64,000 nt of DNA from an uncultured Dehalococcoidia bacterium (lineage in GTDB: Bacteria; Chloroflexota; Dehalococcoidia; GIF9; UBA5629), in assembly GCA_903844685.1 (NCBI GenBank), contig CAIMUM010000194.1:17292-81291 (forward strand), written 5' to 3'. Made by a program: the position numbers and the translations under genes. Positions 10,313-20,098 of this stretch are shown here, in pieces; positions within the stretch are counted from its first letter, which is position 1, and every line of letters starts with the position of its first letter. The notes beneath the pieces were generated by a model. That model ran no database searches. It worked only from the letters and a program-made list of their open reading frames with translations, and had not been told where the DNA came from.

Positions 10313-11587
10313 TCATTCTTTAATCAGGTCGGTTACGTTAACCAGCGGGTGGTCCACATCCCACAGCGGCTCCTCATTGAGGTAAACGCTCTCGTTGCCT
10401 TTTATGATGCTCATGGCACAGGGGAAACCGAATACCACGGGTGAGCCGTAGGTCTCATTTCCCGACAGCGTGTATTTACCTAAAAATGTCTCTACGGTCC
10501 CACCGCGCAGCACCTTCATCACCTGGTCCGGATCTGTGCTGCCGGCCATGCGCACGCCCTCGAGGTACTGTCCCATCATGGTAACACCTACCCCAAAAGC
10601 ACCGGCATAGGGCTCTTTCCCTTCGTATTTCTGCTTATATGCCTCACGGATACGGTTGGCCATATCCAGGTAACGCGGCGCTATTTGTACCTTCTTCAGC
10701 AGCCAGGGGTAGCAGAAATCACCGCAGATGTTCTGCATTGCTTCCTCGCTGCCGGCCAGGCCTTTTACGATTTTGGTATCCAGGATCGCCCCGTTAGCCG
10801 CTACCGGCCACTTATAGCCAAGCTGGTAACGCTGCCTGGCCATCAAACCTATCTCCAACGGTGTCCCGAAGCTGAACAGCACCTCGGCCCCCATCTCGGC
10901 CATCTTGATCAGATAGGGTGTGAAATTGGTGGTGCCCTCTGGGTAGTACAGCCTGATGCTCCTCACGCCGTACTTCTTCTGTATCTCTTCATCAACCGGA
11001 GCGTAGATCTTCTCGATGTCCACATTGCCGCCCTTGGTAGCGGTCCAGCATAGCGTCTTGTACTGCGGGAAGGCCTGCATCACCGCCATGGCCTGGTTTA
11101 TGCTCATCTCTATCGCCGGGAATCCGAAGATTGAATAAGGTTCCCGGGATGCGCTATAGGCACCCATACTGATGGTGCTGGTATTAAAAACCACTTTTTC
11201 CGCGTTGCAAATAGGGGCCACGGCTGAGTAACCAACGCCGAAATAGCTGACGATGGCAGATACCTGTTTATCGTAAATGAGTGTTCGCGCCGCCGCCGCG
11301 TCGGCCTGAACACTGAAAATGGGGCCGTCGGCGAAATACAGCTCAATAATGTATTTATCATCACCCACCTGCCATCCGCCGTCGGCGTTAATAAGGTCGC
11401 GGTATATCTCCATCACCGGTTTGATCGATTCACCCCACATACTGGCAGGGCCGGAGAATGGCATGATACTGCCGATTTTGAGGATTTTAGGCGGCGCCGG
11501 CGCTTTGGCCGCCGGTGCGGCGCAGGACGTAATTATAGATAGTACCAGGACAACCACCAGAGCTATATAAATAAATTTCCTTTTCAA
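10313..11587 (-). CDS. LivK-family periplasmic substrate-binding protein (lipoprotein signal); ligand not inferable
   Basis: A signal peptide with a Cys follows a TTG start behind an AGGAGAGG RBS. The type I periplasmic binding fold is present. It is the first gene of the K-H-M-G-F operon. Confidence 0.75.
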   Translation of the reverse strand: MKRKFIYIALVVVLVLSIITSCAAPAAKAPAPPKILKIGSIMPFSGPASMWGESIKPVMEIYRDLINADGGWQVGDDKYIIELYFADGPIFSVQADAAAARTLIYDKQVSAIVSYFGVGYSAVAPICNAEKVVFNTSTISMGAYSASREPYSIFGFPAIEMSINQAMAVMQAFPQYKTLCWTATKGGNVDIEKIYAPVDEEIQKKYGVRSIRLYYPEGTTNFTPYLIKMAEMGAEVLFSFGTPLEIGLMARQRYQLGYKWPVAANGAILDTKIVKGLAGSEEAMQNICGDFCYPWLLKKVQIAPRYLDMANRIREAYKQKYEGKEPYAGAFGVGVTMMGQYLEGVRMAGSTDPDQVMKVLRGGTVETFLGKYTLSGNETYGSPVVFGFPCAMSIIKGNESVYLNEEPLWDVDHPLVNVTDLIKE

Positions 11588-11778
11588 TTCTGCCTCTCCT
11601 ATTTAATGGGTCCGGAATCGCTGTGCCGAGCAGTTATCATAACTTATTAATTTTCTTTTGTATAGTGGTGGTGCTTCCGACATTTTACCGCGTCATTGCG
11701 AGCGAAGCGTGGCAATCTGCCCATTTCCTTGCTGCAGCACTTAGATCGCCACGTCGCTATGCTCCTCGCGATGACGTG

Positions 11779-13458
11779 TTAGTTCTTACCCTCCTGCTTC
11801 GCGATCTCTTCATCGCGGAGCTGGCGCTTGAGTATCTTGCCAACCGGGCTGACTGGCAACTCTTCCCTGAACTCGACAAATTTTGGTACCGAGTAGGAGG
11901 CCAGCTTCTCCTTGCATAAAGCAAGTATATCCTCTTCCTTCACCTTGTTTTTATAAGCTTCCCTGAGCACTATGAAAGCCTTGACTCGATCGCTGCCCGG
12001 CCTGTCCTTATCTGGCACGGCCACAGCCGCAGCCAGTTCCACACCCGGATGCTCGTAGAGCACCTTTTCCACCAGTATAGTATAGACCTTCATGCCTGAT
12101 ACGTTGGCCATATCTTTTACGCGGTCGGTAATATAGAAGTAGCCATCGTCGTCCATCCTGACCACGTCGCCCATGGGTAGCCAGCCATCTTCCACTAGGC
12201 CGCTGCCCGGCGTGGGCCAGTAACCCTGCATGATCTGCGGGCCGCGTACCCACAGCTCACCCTCCTTGCCGGGCTCGGCATCCTTGCCGGTCTCGAGATC
12301 GATGATCCTGGCTTCAACGTCCGGCATGGGAACCCCTATTGCGCCAAACTTCTTGACCGCGCACAGATCCGAGATGGATAAATTGGCATGGGTGCCCCCA
12401 CCCATCTCTGAAGCGCCGTAGCTATCGCCGATACTTGCCCCAGTCTCCTCTTTGAATTTGTCTATCATGTCCTTGCGCAGCGGCGCGGTTGAGGATACAA
12501 AGCCCGTTTTCACCTGCCCCAGTCCCATTTCCAGCAGCTTGGCATACTGGGTGGGTACACAGGATGCGCCGGTAGGCTCATTCTCCTTGATCACCTTCAT
12601 CAACGTTTTCAAATCGCGCGGGTCGGCGACCAGGTAGACTTCAAATGCCCAGAAGATACAGAATTGTGTATAAGTCATACCGAACTGGTGATATAGCGGT
12701 ACACCGATCAGCCAGGATATCTTCCCTTTTAACAGCGATTCCATGGGGCTGAAAGCCCAAGCCATGTGGCTAAGGTTGGCCATGCGACTGTTGTGCGTCA
12801 GCATCACTCCCTTGGGTATTCCCGTGGTACCGCCGGTGAAGATAAGCTCGGCCAGGTCCTTGCCCGGGTCGATGTCCACCTTCGGTGGCTCGGGCGCAGA
12901 CTTATCTATCAGGTCGCGGAACTGGTGTGCTCCGGGCACATGCTTCAATGATTCAGGTTGTATAGAATAATCTGCTACCGAGGTCACAATAATGCGAGTT
13001 ACCTTCGTATAATCTTGCATCTTGGTGACCACTTCGAGCATTGTGTCCATGCAGATGACGGTCTCCGCGCCAGACTCGCTAATTTCAGAAATTAGCTCGT
13101 TTTCCTTGTGCAGCGGGCTGCAGGGCACATGCGCGGCCCCGGCTTTGAGTATGCCAAAGTCACTGATGATGAACTGCGGGCAGTTGGCCAGTATGGTCGC
13201 TACCCGGTCACCTTTCTTTATGCCCAGCTTCACCAGTGCAGTGGCAAACCTGTCGGCCAGTTCCTTCAGTTCCTTGTAGGAGATAACCTTATCCATGTAA
13301 TGCACAGCCGGCCTATCGGCATAGTCACGCGCGCTATTGTCCAGCACGCTGTAAAGGGGCACATTGGGATAAGGTTTAATCGACTCGGGTAACTTAACAA
13401 GTCCCTGCTGTCCCAGGTCGTATTGTTTGAGCCAGGGTTTGGCTGCCGGTGATACCAT
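11779..13458 (-). CDS. AMP-dependent acyl-CoA synthetase/ligase
   Basis: AMP-binding motifs are present (TGGTTGIPKGV, YGASE, GDVVRMDDDGYFYITDRVKD). The start was moved to MVSPAA behind an AAGGAGGA RBS. Confidence 0.85.
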   Translation of the reverse strand: MVSPAAKPWLKQYDLGQQGLVKLPESIKPYPNVPLYSVLDNSARDYADRPAVHYMDKVISYKELKELADRFATALVKLGIKKGDRVATILANCPQFIISDFGILKAGAAHVPCSPLHKENELISEISESGAETVICMDTMLEVVTKMQDYTKVTRIIVTSVADYSIQPESLKHVPGAHQFRDLIDKSAPEPPKVDIDPGKDLAELIFTGGTTGIPKGVMLTHNSRMANLSHMAWAFSPMESLLKGKISWLIGVPLYHQFGMTYTQFCIFWAFEVYLVADPRDLKTLMKVIKENEPTGASCVPTQYAKLLEMGLGQVKTGFVSSTAPLRKDMIDKFKEETGASIGDSYGASEMGGGTHANLSISDLCAVKKFGAIGVPMPDVEARIIDLETGKDAEPGKEGELWVRGPQIMQGYWPTPGSGLVEDGWLPMGDVVRMDDDGYFYITDRVKDMANVSGMKVYTILVEKVLYEHPGVELAAAVAVPDKDRPGSDRVKAFIVLREAYKNKVKEEDILALCKEKLASYSVPKFVEFREELPVSPVGKILKRQLRDEEIAKQEGKN

Positions 13459-13617
13459 GACATCCTCCTTTTTCAACCTCAATTTGTTAGCGTAACATCA
13501 CTGTTTGAACTTGATCTCTACGATAGAATTGCTGCTCTGCCTTTGTGGTTAGTTCCGCAAAGACAATGATTATTGTAACACAGACATCAAAATTGGAAAA
13601 TACATAGAAAAAAATCA

Positions 13618-13646
13618 TTGACAGGGCAGGATATTAAACCTAAAAT
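13618..13646 (+). promoter_or_regulatory. Sigma70-like promoter (TTGACA-17 nt-TAAAAT) for the SCP2-led operon
   Basis: Consensus -35 at 13618-13623, an exact 17-nt spacer and the -10 at 13641-13646 lie ~30 nt upstream of the SCP2 RBS and ATG. Confidence 0.5.
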
Positions 13647-13678
13647 GTGGTAAATTTATCCATAACGGGAGGTAGAAA

Positions 13679-14086
13679 ATGGCCGTATTTGCTACACAGG
13701 AATGGCTCGACGAGATTGCCAAGCTATTGAATGAAGATCCCGCTTATGCAGAGGGCGCCAAGGGCTGGGAAGGGGATTTCCTGTATATCATCGAACCTGA
13801 CGAGCTTCAACCGAACCCCAGCTACTATTATATGGACCTGTACCACGGGAAATGCCGCAAGGCAGTAGTGCTCAAGGACCCCTCTAAAGTGAAGGCTGAA
13901 TTTGAGCTGTCAGCTACTTACTCGGTCTGGAAAAAGATACTGACTGGTGAACTCGACGGCATGAAGGCCATGATAACGCGCAAGATGAAGTTCAAGGGCG
14001 CTATCGCCAAGGTGATGAAGGACACCAAGTCCCAACAGGCCTATGCCAAGGCCCTTGCCCCACTTAAGACAGAATACGTTAAATAA
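13679..14086 (+). CDS. SCP2 sterol-carrier domain protein
   Basis: 135 aa SCP2-fold protein (…ITRKMKFKGAIAKVMKD…) behind a GGGAGGT RBS. Confidence 0.7.
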   Translation: MAVFATQEWLDEIAKLLNEDPAYAEGAKGWEGDFLYIIEPDELQPNPSYYYMDLYHGKCRKAVVLKDPSKVKAEFELSATYSVWKKILTGELDGMKAMITRKMKFKGAIAKVMKDTKSQQAYAKALAPLKTEYVK

Positions 14087-14161
14087 CTATCCAAATGCAT
14101 CCCAGTGCTGTGCACCATAGTATGCCTGTCCGCACTGATAATATTTCAGGAGGTAGCTCAT

Positions 14162-15325
14162 ATGTGGTATTTCCGTAATCCATTGATCGTGTTCGGTGAT
14201 GACGCGCTGGAACACCTCAGGGAGATTAAGGGTAAGCGCGCCCTAATTGTGACCGACGCAGTACTGGTCAAACTGGGTTTTGTAGATAAAGTCGCTAGAG
14301 AACTGAAGCACGCCGGTATCGAGCATCGCGTTTTCTCCGAGGTGGAACCGGACCCATCCGTTGATACTGTCAGAAAGGGCGCACAGGTTGCGCTTGAATA
14401 TGAACCTGACTGGCTGATCGGACTGGGTGGCGGTTCGGCTATGGACGCGGCCAAGATGATCTGGATGCTATATGCGCAACCCGACACGGAACCGTACGCC
14501 ATCGTACCCTTCCAGGATTACGACGCGCGCAGTAAAGCCCGCATGATATGCATACCGACCACGGCGGGCACAGGCTCAGAGGTGACCTGGTTCATGGTGG
14601 TTACGGACACAGTCGAGAGAAGGAAGATAGCCGTGGGCACTCCTGAGGCCTTACCGGATATCGCGATATTGGATTTCCGCTTGGTGGGAGATATGCCGAA
14701 GGGCCTGGTGGCCGATACCGGCATGGACGCGCTGACCCACTGTGTTGAGGGATTTGGCTCGACCTGGCGTACGGATTTCACCAATGGCCCTGCATTGATG
14801 GCAATGAAGTTGATCTTCAAATACCTTAAGCGCTCATACGACGACGCTTCGGATAAGGAGGCCAGGGAGCACATGCTCAACGCCTCAGCGCTGGCCAGCA
14901 TGGCCTGGAGCAACGGCATGGCCGGACTGGCGCATAATATGGGCCACGCGCTGGGCGGCTTCTTCCATGTTACACATGGCAAATCCGTCGGACTCTACCT
15001 GCCTTACAACATGCAGTACCTGACCGAGGCCGGGGCCGAAGTCTTCGCTGAGGCCGCCCGGTTCATTGGTCTGAAAGGGAAGACCGATCTTGAACTAACC
15101 CGGGGGTTAGTCAGCGGAATAAAGGATATGGCCCGCCATCTGGGACAGCCGTCATCAGTAAAAGAGCTTAACATTGACAAAGCCGCCTATGAGAAGGCGC
15201 TGCCGGAGATGGTTGCTCGGGCCATCGGTGAGGCCTCCACCCCCACTGTCCTGCGCGTACCGGATGAGAAGGACATGGAGCGCATGTTCCTCTATGCTTA
15301 TGAGGGCAAAACTATAGACTTTTAA
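14162..15325 (+). CDS. Iron-containing alcohol dehydrogenase
   Basis: The Fe-ADH family is indicated by GGGSAMDAAK and the His-rich metal site (HCVEG, HNMGHALGG). The start was set at MWYFRN behind AGGAGGT. Confidence 0.85.
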   Translation: MWYFRNPLIVFGDDALEHLREIKGKRALIVTDAVLVKLGFVDKVARELKHAGIEHRVFSEVEPDPSVDTVRKGAQVALEYEPDWLIGLGGGSAMDAAKMIWMLYAQPDTEPYAIVPFQDYDARSKARMICIPTTAGTGSEVTWFMVVTDTVERRKIAVGTPEALPDIAILDFRLVGDMPKGLVADTGMDALTHCVEGFGSTWRTDFTNGPALMAMKLIFKYLKRSYDDASDKEAREHMLNASALASMAWSNGMAGLAHNMGHALGGFFHVTHGKSVGLYLPYNMQYLTEAGAEVFAEAARFIGLKGKTDLELTRGLVSGIKDMARHLGQPSSVKELNIDKAAYEKALPEMVARAIGEASTPTVLRVPDEKDMERMFLYAYEGKTIDF

Positions 15326-15371
15326 GAGCCATGGATTATCGTTAAATTTTACATTACTTGGAGGTATATAC

Positions 15372-16556
15372 GTGGATTTCAGATTAACGCCTGAACAGGA
15401 AAAGCGCAGACAGGAATATCACGCGGTGTGCAGCGAGTTGGCCCTCAAGGCACCGCACCCTATCCTGGGGGAGAAGGGGATTTTCGGCACTGAGCATGGG
15501 TGGAAGTATTTTCGCTATTGTGCTAAAGAGTTTGCCAAAAGAGGCTGGCTGTCGCTGAGTTGGCCGGCGGAGTACGGCGGCAGGGGCGACCGTATGGACC
15601 AGGTCCTGCTGGCTGAGGCCATGGGTTATAACGGTGTCCCCGGCATCGACCCCTTCGGAGTAGGCATGCTGGCTCCCACCCTGCTGGCAGTTGGCAGCGA
15701 AGAGTTGAAAAAGGAGTTCCTACCACCTATAGCCAGATCTGATGTGATGTGGTGCGAACTCTGGAGCGAACCCAATGCTGGATCCGATCTTGCAGCTCTG
15801 ACAGCAACAGCCATCCGTAAAGGCGACGAATATGTCATCAACGGGCAAAAAACCTGGAACACCAATGCCCACAACGCCGACTGGGGATTTGGCATCTTCA
15901 AGAGTGACCCGGAGGGGAAGAAACACAGGAACCTCAGCTTTCTTCTGATGGATATGAAGACGCCCGGTATAACCGTGCGCCCGCTGTATTATATGAACGG
16001 CGGCCACATCCTGAACGAGGTATACTTCGACGACGCGCATGTGCCGGCCAGGAATCTGGTTGGAAAAGAACATGGGGGATGGGCGGTGGTCAACGTTCTG
16101 GCGGGGTTTGAGAGGTCCAACATGGGAGCGGTCGCGGGTATGCGCCGTGCGTTGGAAGAGATCGTCCACTACTGCAACGAAACAATTGTGAACGGGCAGC
16201 TTCGGTCACGGGATCCCATTATTCGCAACCGCCTGGCGCAATTAGCCTGCGAGATCGAGGCTATGTCTACACTGGGTTACCGCATCGCCGACCAGCAGAA
16301 CAGGGATGAAATGGGATTGATGGATGCCTCAGCTATGAAAGTGTTCTCGACCGAATTGGAAGAGCGTTTCGCGGCGCTGGCAGTAGACATTTTCGGGCCC
16401 TCCGGCCAGATTACGGAAGGCAGGTGGGCTCCCATGGGAGGGCATTGGATCAATGCCCTCCAGGAGAGCTTTGTGGGCACAATTTCCGCCGGTACCAATG
16501 AGATTCAGCGGAACATTATAGCCTGGTACGGGCTCGGCCTGCCCAGGATGAAATAA
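15372..16556 (+). CDS. Acyl-CoA dehydrogenase (ACAD) family
   Basis: GTG start behind GGAGGT. The ACAD N/M/C domains and the C-terminal GTNEIQRNII motif are present. It is a paralog of 62800..63984. Confidence 0.85.
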   Translation: MDFRLTPEQEKRRQEYHAVCSELALKAPHPILGEKGIFGTEHGWKYFRYCAKEFAKRGWLSLSWPAEYGGRGDRMDQVLLAEAMGYNGVPGIDPFGVGMLAPTLLAVGSEELKKEFLPPIARSDVMWCELWSEPNAGSDLAALTATAIRKGDEYVINGQKTWNTNAHNADWGFGIFKSDPEGKKHRNLSFLLMDMKTPGITVRPLYYMNGGHILNEVYFDDAHVPARNLVGKEHGGWAVVNVLAGFERSNMGAVAGMRRALEEIVHYCNETIVNGQLRSRDPIIRNRLAQLACEIEAMSTLGYRIADQQNRDEMGLMDASAMKVFSTELEERFAALAVDIFGPSGQITEGRWAPMGGHWINALQESFVGTISAGTNEIQRNIIAWYGLGLPRMK

Positions 16557-16739
16557 TTGGCAAGGTTGAGTTTGACACGCGCATGAAATCGCTGTGATTG
16601 CTTTTCGCGGTAATGATAAGGTAAGATTCAGAGGCCCGTTAAAGAGAGAGGCCACAATACCTCTGGAGATCGAGGTTTGAGCTAAAGGCATAGTCAACAC
16701 AGTATACACAAAATATTTTGAGGAGGAGGACGACCCAAT

Positions 16740-17702
16740 ATGCAAAGGCCGGTTTCGGCTTACACAGACCGTGATGACGCGTTGCATCCTTATGCTAATC
16801 CCGCGTATTACGAGTGGTGGTATTTAGATGCAAGGTTTGATAACGGGTATTCATGCGTCCTGTCCTGGCACTGGCTTAACGAGTTTTTAAAGCCTCACAT
16901 ACCCACCGTACAAATCTTCATTTATACGCCGGAAGGCAAGAGGTATGTAGGTATGGACGGGATAGATCCTAAAGACTGCTCCGCGAGCCAGGAGTATTGC
17001 AATGTCAAGATGGGGAGCAGCTACCTGCGGCAAGAGGGCAAGGTTTACAATATGTCAATGCACAGCCGTAATATTGGTTGCGATCTTACGTTCCAGGGCA
17101 CTATACCAGGTTGGAAAATCGGTGACGGCAAAATTCCTATTAATGGTGGAGAAATGGTTCAAGGTTGGGTAATTCCCTGCCCCAGGGCAAGGGTGGAAGG
17201 TAAACTATTTATCAAGGATAAAGAAATTCAGGTCAAAGGAGATGGATATCACGACCATAACTGGGGAAACGCCGATCTGTACGACATTTTCCATGGCTGG
17301 TACTGGGGGAGGTTAAACGATCCGAAATATACGATTATTTTCTCCAACACCCGGGCTTTAAACGGCCAGGTCCTGCCCTATCTCTACGTTGCCGATAATA
17401 AATCGACCCTGTTATCAACCGATAAATACGATTTTATCGTTGAGAAGGAGGAACCTGATACAGCTACCGGGCAGACGTATGCCAAAGCCCTTACACTAAA
17501 ATACAACGGCGACGATATGAAATTAAGGTGCAGGCTTGATACCAAGAGCGTGGTCGAACACACTCCACTCCCCAAGGTTAATGAATACAACATGTTCAAC
17601 TGGAGATTCCTGGCAGATTACGAAGGTGAGATCACGTTCGACGGTAATACCGATAAGATTAGAGGCGAAACAATTCACGAGAGGTTCCTTTTCAGGGGTT
17701 AA
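16740..17702 (+). CDS. Hypothetical protein, CrtC/AttH-like (carotenoid 1,2-hydratase family) lipocalin-fold hydratase candidate
   Basis: The N-terminal ...PAYYEWWYLDARFDNG... is reminiscent of the EWWY hallmark of the CrtC/AttH family. No cofactor motifs are present. The gene sits inside the beta-oxidation operon. Confidence 0.4.
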   Translation: MQRPVSAYTDRDDALHPYANPAYYEWWYLDARFDNGYSCVLSWHWLNEFLKPHIPTVQIFIYTPEGKRYVGMDGIDPKDCSASQEYCNVKMGSSYLRQEGKVYNMSMHSRNIGCDLTFQGTIPGWKIGDGKIPINGGEMVQGWVIPCPRARVEGKLFIKDKEIQVKGDGYHDHNWGNADLYDIFHGWYWGRLNDPKYTIIFSNTRALNGQVLPYLYVADNKSTLLSTDKYDFIVEKEEPDTATGQTYAKALTLKYNGDDMKLRCRLDTKSVVEHTPLPKVNEYNMFNWRFLADYEGEITFDGNTDKIRGETIHERFLFRG

Positions 17703-17789
17703 TTCACTGAATCTTCGTAGATCAAATTGAGTTTGCGGATTAATATTACGGTGTCCTGGAAAAATAATTAACGGAGGGTTTATACGGAT

Positions 17790-18935
17790 ATGCCTGACAG
17801 AGTTGGAATAGTGGCGGCCGCAATGACGAAATTTGAGGCGGCCAAACCCTGGCAACATCTCGCTGAACTGGTGCTGGAGGTGACGGACAAGGTTGTCGAA
17901 GCTGCCGGCATCTCACTTCAAAAAGATGTGGAAAGCATAGTCAGCTGTTCACAGGATCACTGGGACGGCAGGACGATTTCCTCGATGCCCATACCTGATG
18001 TTACCTGCGGCCACCTGAAGGATGAGTCAAAAGTAGCTGACGATGGCGCTTATGCCGTTCTCTATGGCGCCATGCATATTCTTTCGGGCGATCATAAATT
18101 AGTACTGGTTGTCAGTCACTGCGCTGAATCGCACACCGACGGCACTATTATTGAGAACTGGTCGATCGATCATATTTTCACGCGTATGCTTGGCCTTGAT
18201 TACACTTTGGCAGCAGCCATGCAGGCCAGAAGATATATGGACAAATACGGTATTACCCCCGAACAATTTGCCAAAGTGGTGGTTAAAAACAAGGGTAATG
18301 CCAAAAAGAATCCATACGCGCAGGATTCGGCAACATTGAGCGTAATTGACGTTCTGAAGTCGCAGATGCTGGCGGATCCTATTACGGTGATGGACAGGAA
18401 ACCTGTATCCGACGGCGCCTGTGCCATGATACTTGCCACGGAGGAGATCGCTAAAAAACTAACCGACAAACCGGTGTGGATAAAGGGAGCCGGCAACTGT
18501 TATGATCCACACTTTCTGGGGGACCGCGAACTGGCCGATTGCGACGCCCTAGAAACTGCATCCAAGAAAGCGTATAAGATGGCGGGCATCAAGAACCCGG
18601 TTAAAGAGATAGATGTTGTGGAACTATCTGAATATTATTCCTACCAGGAGCTTTTATGGACAGAGGGCCTTGGTTTATGCAAACGGGGAGAAGGCGGGAA
18701 GTTCATCGATAGCGGAAAGACACAATTAAATGGTGATATACCGGTTAACCCGTCGGGTGGCTTGCTATCTGGTATTCCCATTACCGTAGCAGGGATGTCA
18801 AGGGTTGCGGAGGCTGTCTGGCAATTGCAGGGCCGGTCGGGAGAGAGACAGATCCCTGGCGCTAAGCTGGCAGTAGCCCACGGCTGCGGTGGAATCTGCG
18901 GCCAGATGCATTGCGTCCTGGTATTGGGAAATTAG
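17790..18935 (+). CDS. SCP-x/Ltp-type thiolase-fold protein (catalytic His replaced: ...SGIPITVAG...)
   Basis: The thiolase superfamily fold resembles the paralogs at 20099, 21350 and 50052. The GHP motif is absent. A DUF35 pair follows. Confidence 0.7.
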   Translation: MPDRVGIVAAAMTKFEAAKPWQHLAELVLEVTDKVVEAAGISLQKDVESIVSCSQDHWDGRTISSMPIPDVTCGHLKDESKVADDGAYAVLYGAMHILSGDHKLVLVVSHCAESHTDGTIIENWSIDHIFTRMLGLDYTLAAAMQARRYMDKYGITPEQFAKVVVKNKGNAKKNPYAQDSATLSVIDVLKSQMLADPITVMDRKPVSDGACAMILATEEIAKKLTDKPVWIKGAGNCYDPHFLGDRELADCDALETASKKAYKMAGIKNPVKEIDVVELSEYYSYQELLWTEGLGLCKRGEGGKFIDSGKTQLNGDIPVNPSGGLLSGIPITVAGMSRVAEAVWQLQGRSGERQIPGAKLAVAHGCGGICGQMHCVLVLGN

Positions 18936-18968
18936 TAGAACTACGGATTAATTGGAGGTAATAGATAT

Positions 18969-19457
18969 ATGAAAGCTAAGCCGCAATTAGAACTGATTTA
19001 CCTGGATATGACCCTCAAAATGCCATTCAAGTGGAACACCGGTGAGCCACTGGGAGAATTTTTCAGGGAACTGAAGGCAAACGAAAAGATCTATGCAAAT
19101 CAATGCCCCACCTGCGGACGTAATTACTGCCCCCCGGCAAATATCTGTACCAGGGATCATTCGAGATGCAACGAAAAAGATAAATGGGTAGCCGTGGGGC
19201 CCAAGGGCACACTCTTAACCTTCTTCATCTGCGAGCAGTCATTTTTAATCCCAACCACAGGCGAGATGCTGGAGGTACCCTTTAGCGTGGGACTCGTTAT
19301 GCTTGACGGCGCGCCGGTTGTGCTTCAGCACTGTTTGCAGGAGACCGATGTGGAGAAAATTAAACCCGGCATGCGGGTAGAAGCCGTTTTCAAACCTAAA
19401 GAAGAGCGCAAGGGCAATATTTTCGACATTATACACTTCAAGACTATCAAGGAATAA
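18969..19457 (+). CDS. DUF35 protein (rubredoxin-like Zn ribbon + OB fold), thiolase/aldolase partner subunit
   Basis: A CPTCGRNYCPPANIC Zn-ribbon is followed by an OB-fold region. It is the ChsH2-DUF35 / BbsA type. Confidence 0.75.
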   Translation: MKAKPQLELIYLDMTLKMPFKWNTGEPLGEFFRELKANEKIYANQCPTCGRNYCPPANICTRDHSRCNEKDKWVAVGPKGTLLTFFICEQSFLIPTTGEMLEVPFSVGLVMLDGAPVVLQHCLQETDVEKIKPGMRVEAVFKPKEERKGNIFDIIHFKTIKE

Positions 19458-19481
19458 TAACTTTAAGAAGAGAGGCTAATA

Positions 19482-19952
19482 ATGGCTAACGAAGTTGTAA
19501 AGAAAGAACCTATGTTCACCGAAGGCTATGTGATCATGCCTTATAAGTACTCTGTGGGTACACTGGCAAGCAAGTTTTTCATCGAGATCAGAGACCATAA
19601 GAAAATAAACGGCGTGAAATGCCCTAAATGCAATATAGTAATAGTCCCTCCCCGGTCTGTATGCATAAAGTGTTTCAACAAAATCGAGGATCTGGTTGAA
19701 TTGAGCGGGAAAGGTACCCTGGTAACTTATACAGTGGCTCACTACGATTCGGCTGTTCAGGCGATGAAGCCACCGTATGCAATCGGAGTGATCAAGCTGG
19801 ACGGCGCTGATACAGCGATAACGCATTTTATCGGCGAAGTCGATTTCAAGGAGCTTAAGGCCGGCATGAAGCTGGAAGCTGTATTCAATGAGACCAGGAA
19901 TGCCAATATCCTTGATATCAAGTATTTCAAGCCGGTTAAAAATAAAGGATAA
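19482..19952 (+). CDS. DUF35 protein (Zn ribbon + OB fold), second copy
   Basis: The Zn ribbon is CPKCNIVIVPPRSVCIKC. Its architecture and size match the preceding gene. Confidence 0.75.
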   Translation: MANEVVKKEPMFTEGYVIMPYKYSVGTLASKFFIEIRDHKKINGVKCPKCNIVIVPPRSVCIKCFNKIEDLVELSGKGTLVTYTVAHYDSAVQAMKPPYAIGVIKLDGADTAITHFIGEVDFKELKAGMKLEAVFNETRNANILDIKYFKPVKNKG

Positions 19953-20098
19953 AAGCATTAAATTATCTCAGCTTTCAAATGAACCGGGATCATAATCATT
20001 AGGCATTTGCCCGGTGACCAAGAAATGCAATTGAGATGATTATACAGATTTGATCCGCTTTATATTACCCCTATTCTTTAATTGTTGAGAGGTGAATT

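Noticed and set aside
16557-16739. Possible hairpin (CAGAGG...CCTCTG) after the ACAD gene at 15372
   Set aside because: The stem is 6 bp with a 26-nt loop and no T-tract, so it is not a convincing terminator. The downstream gene is probably co-transcribed.
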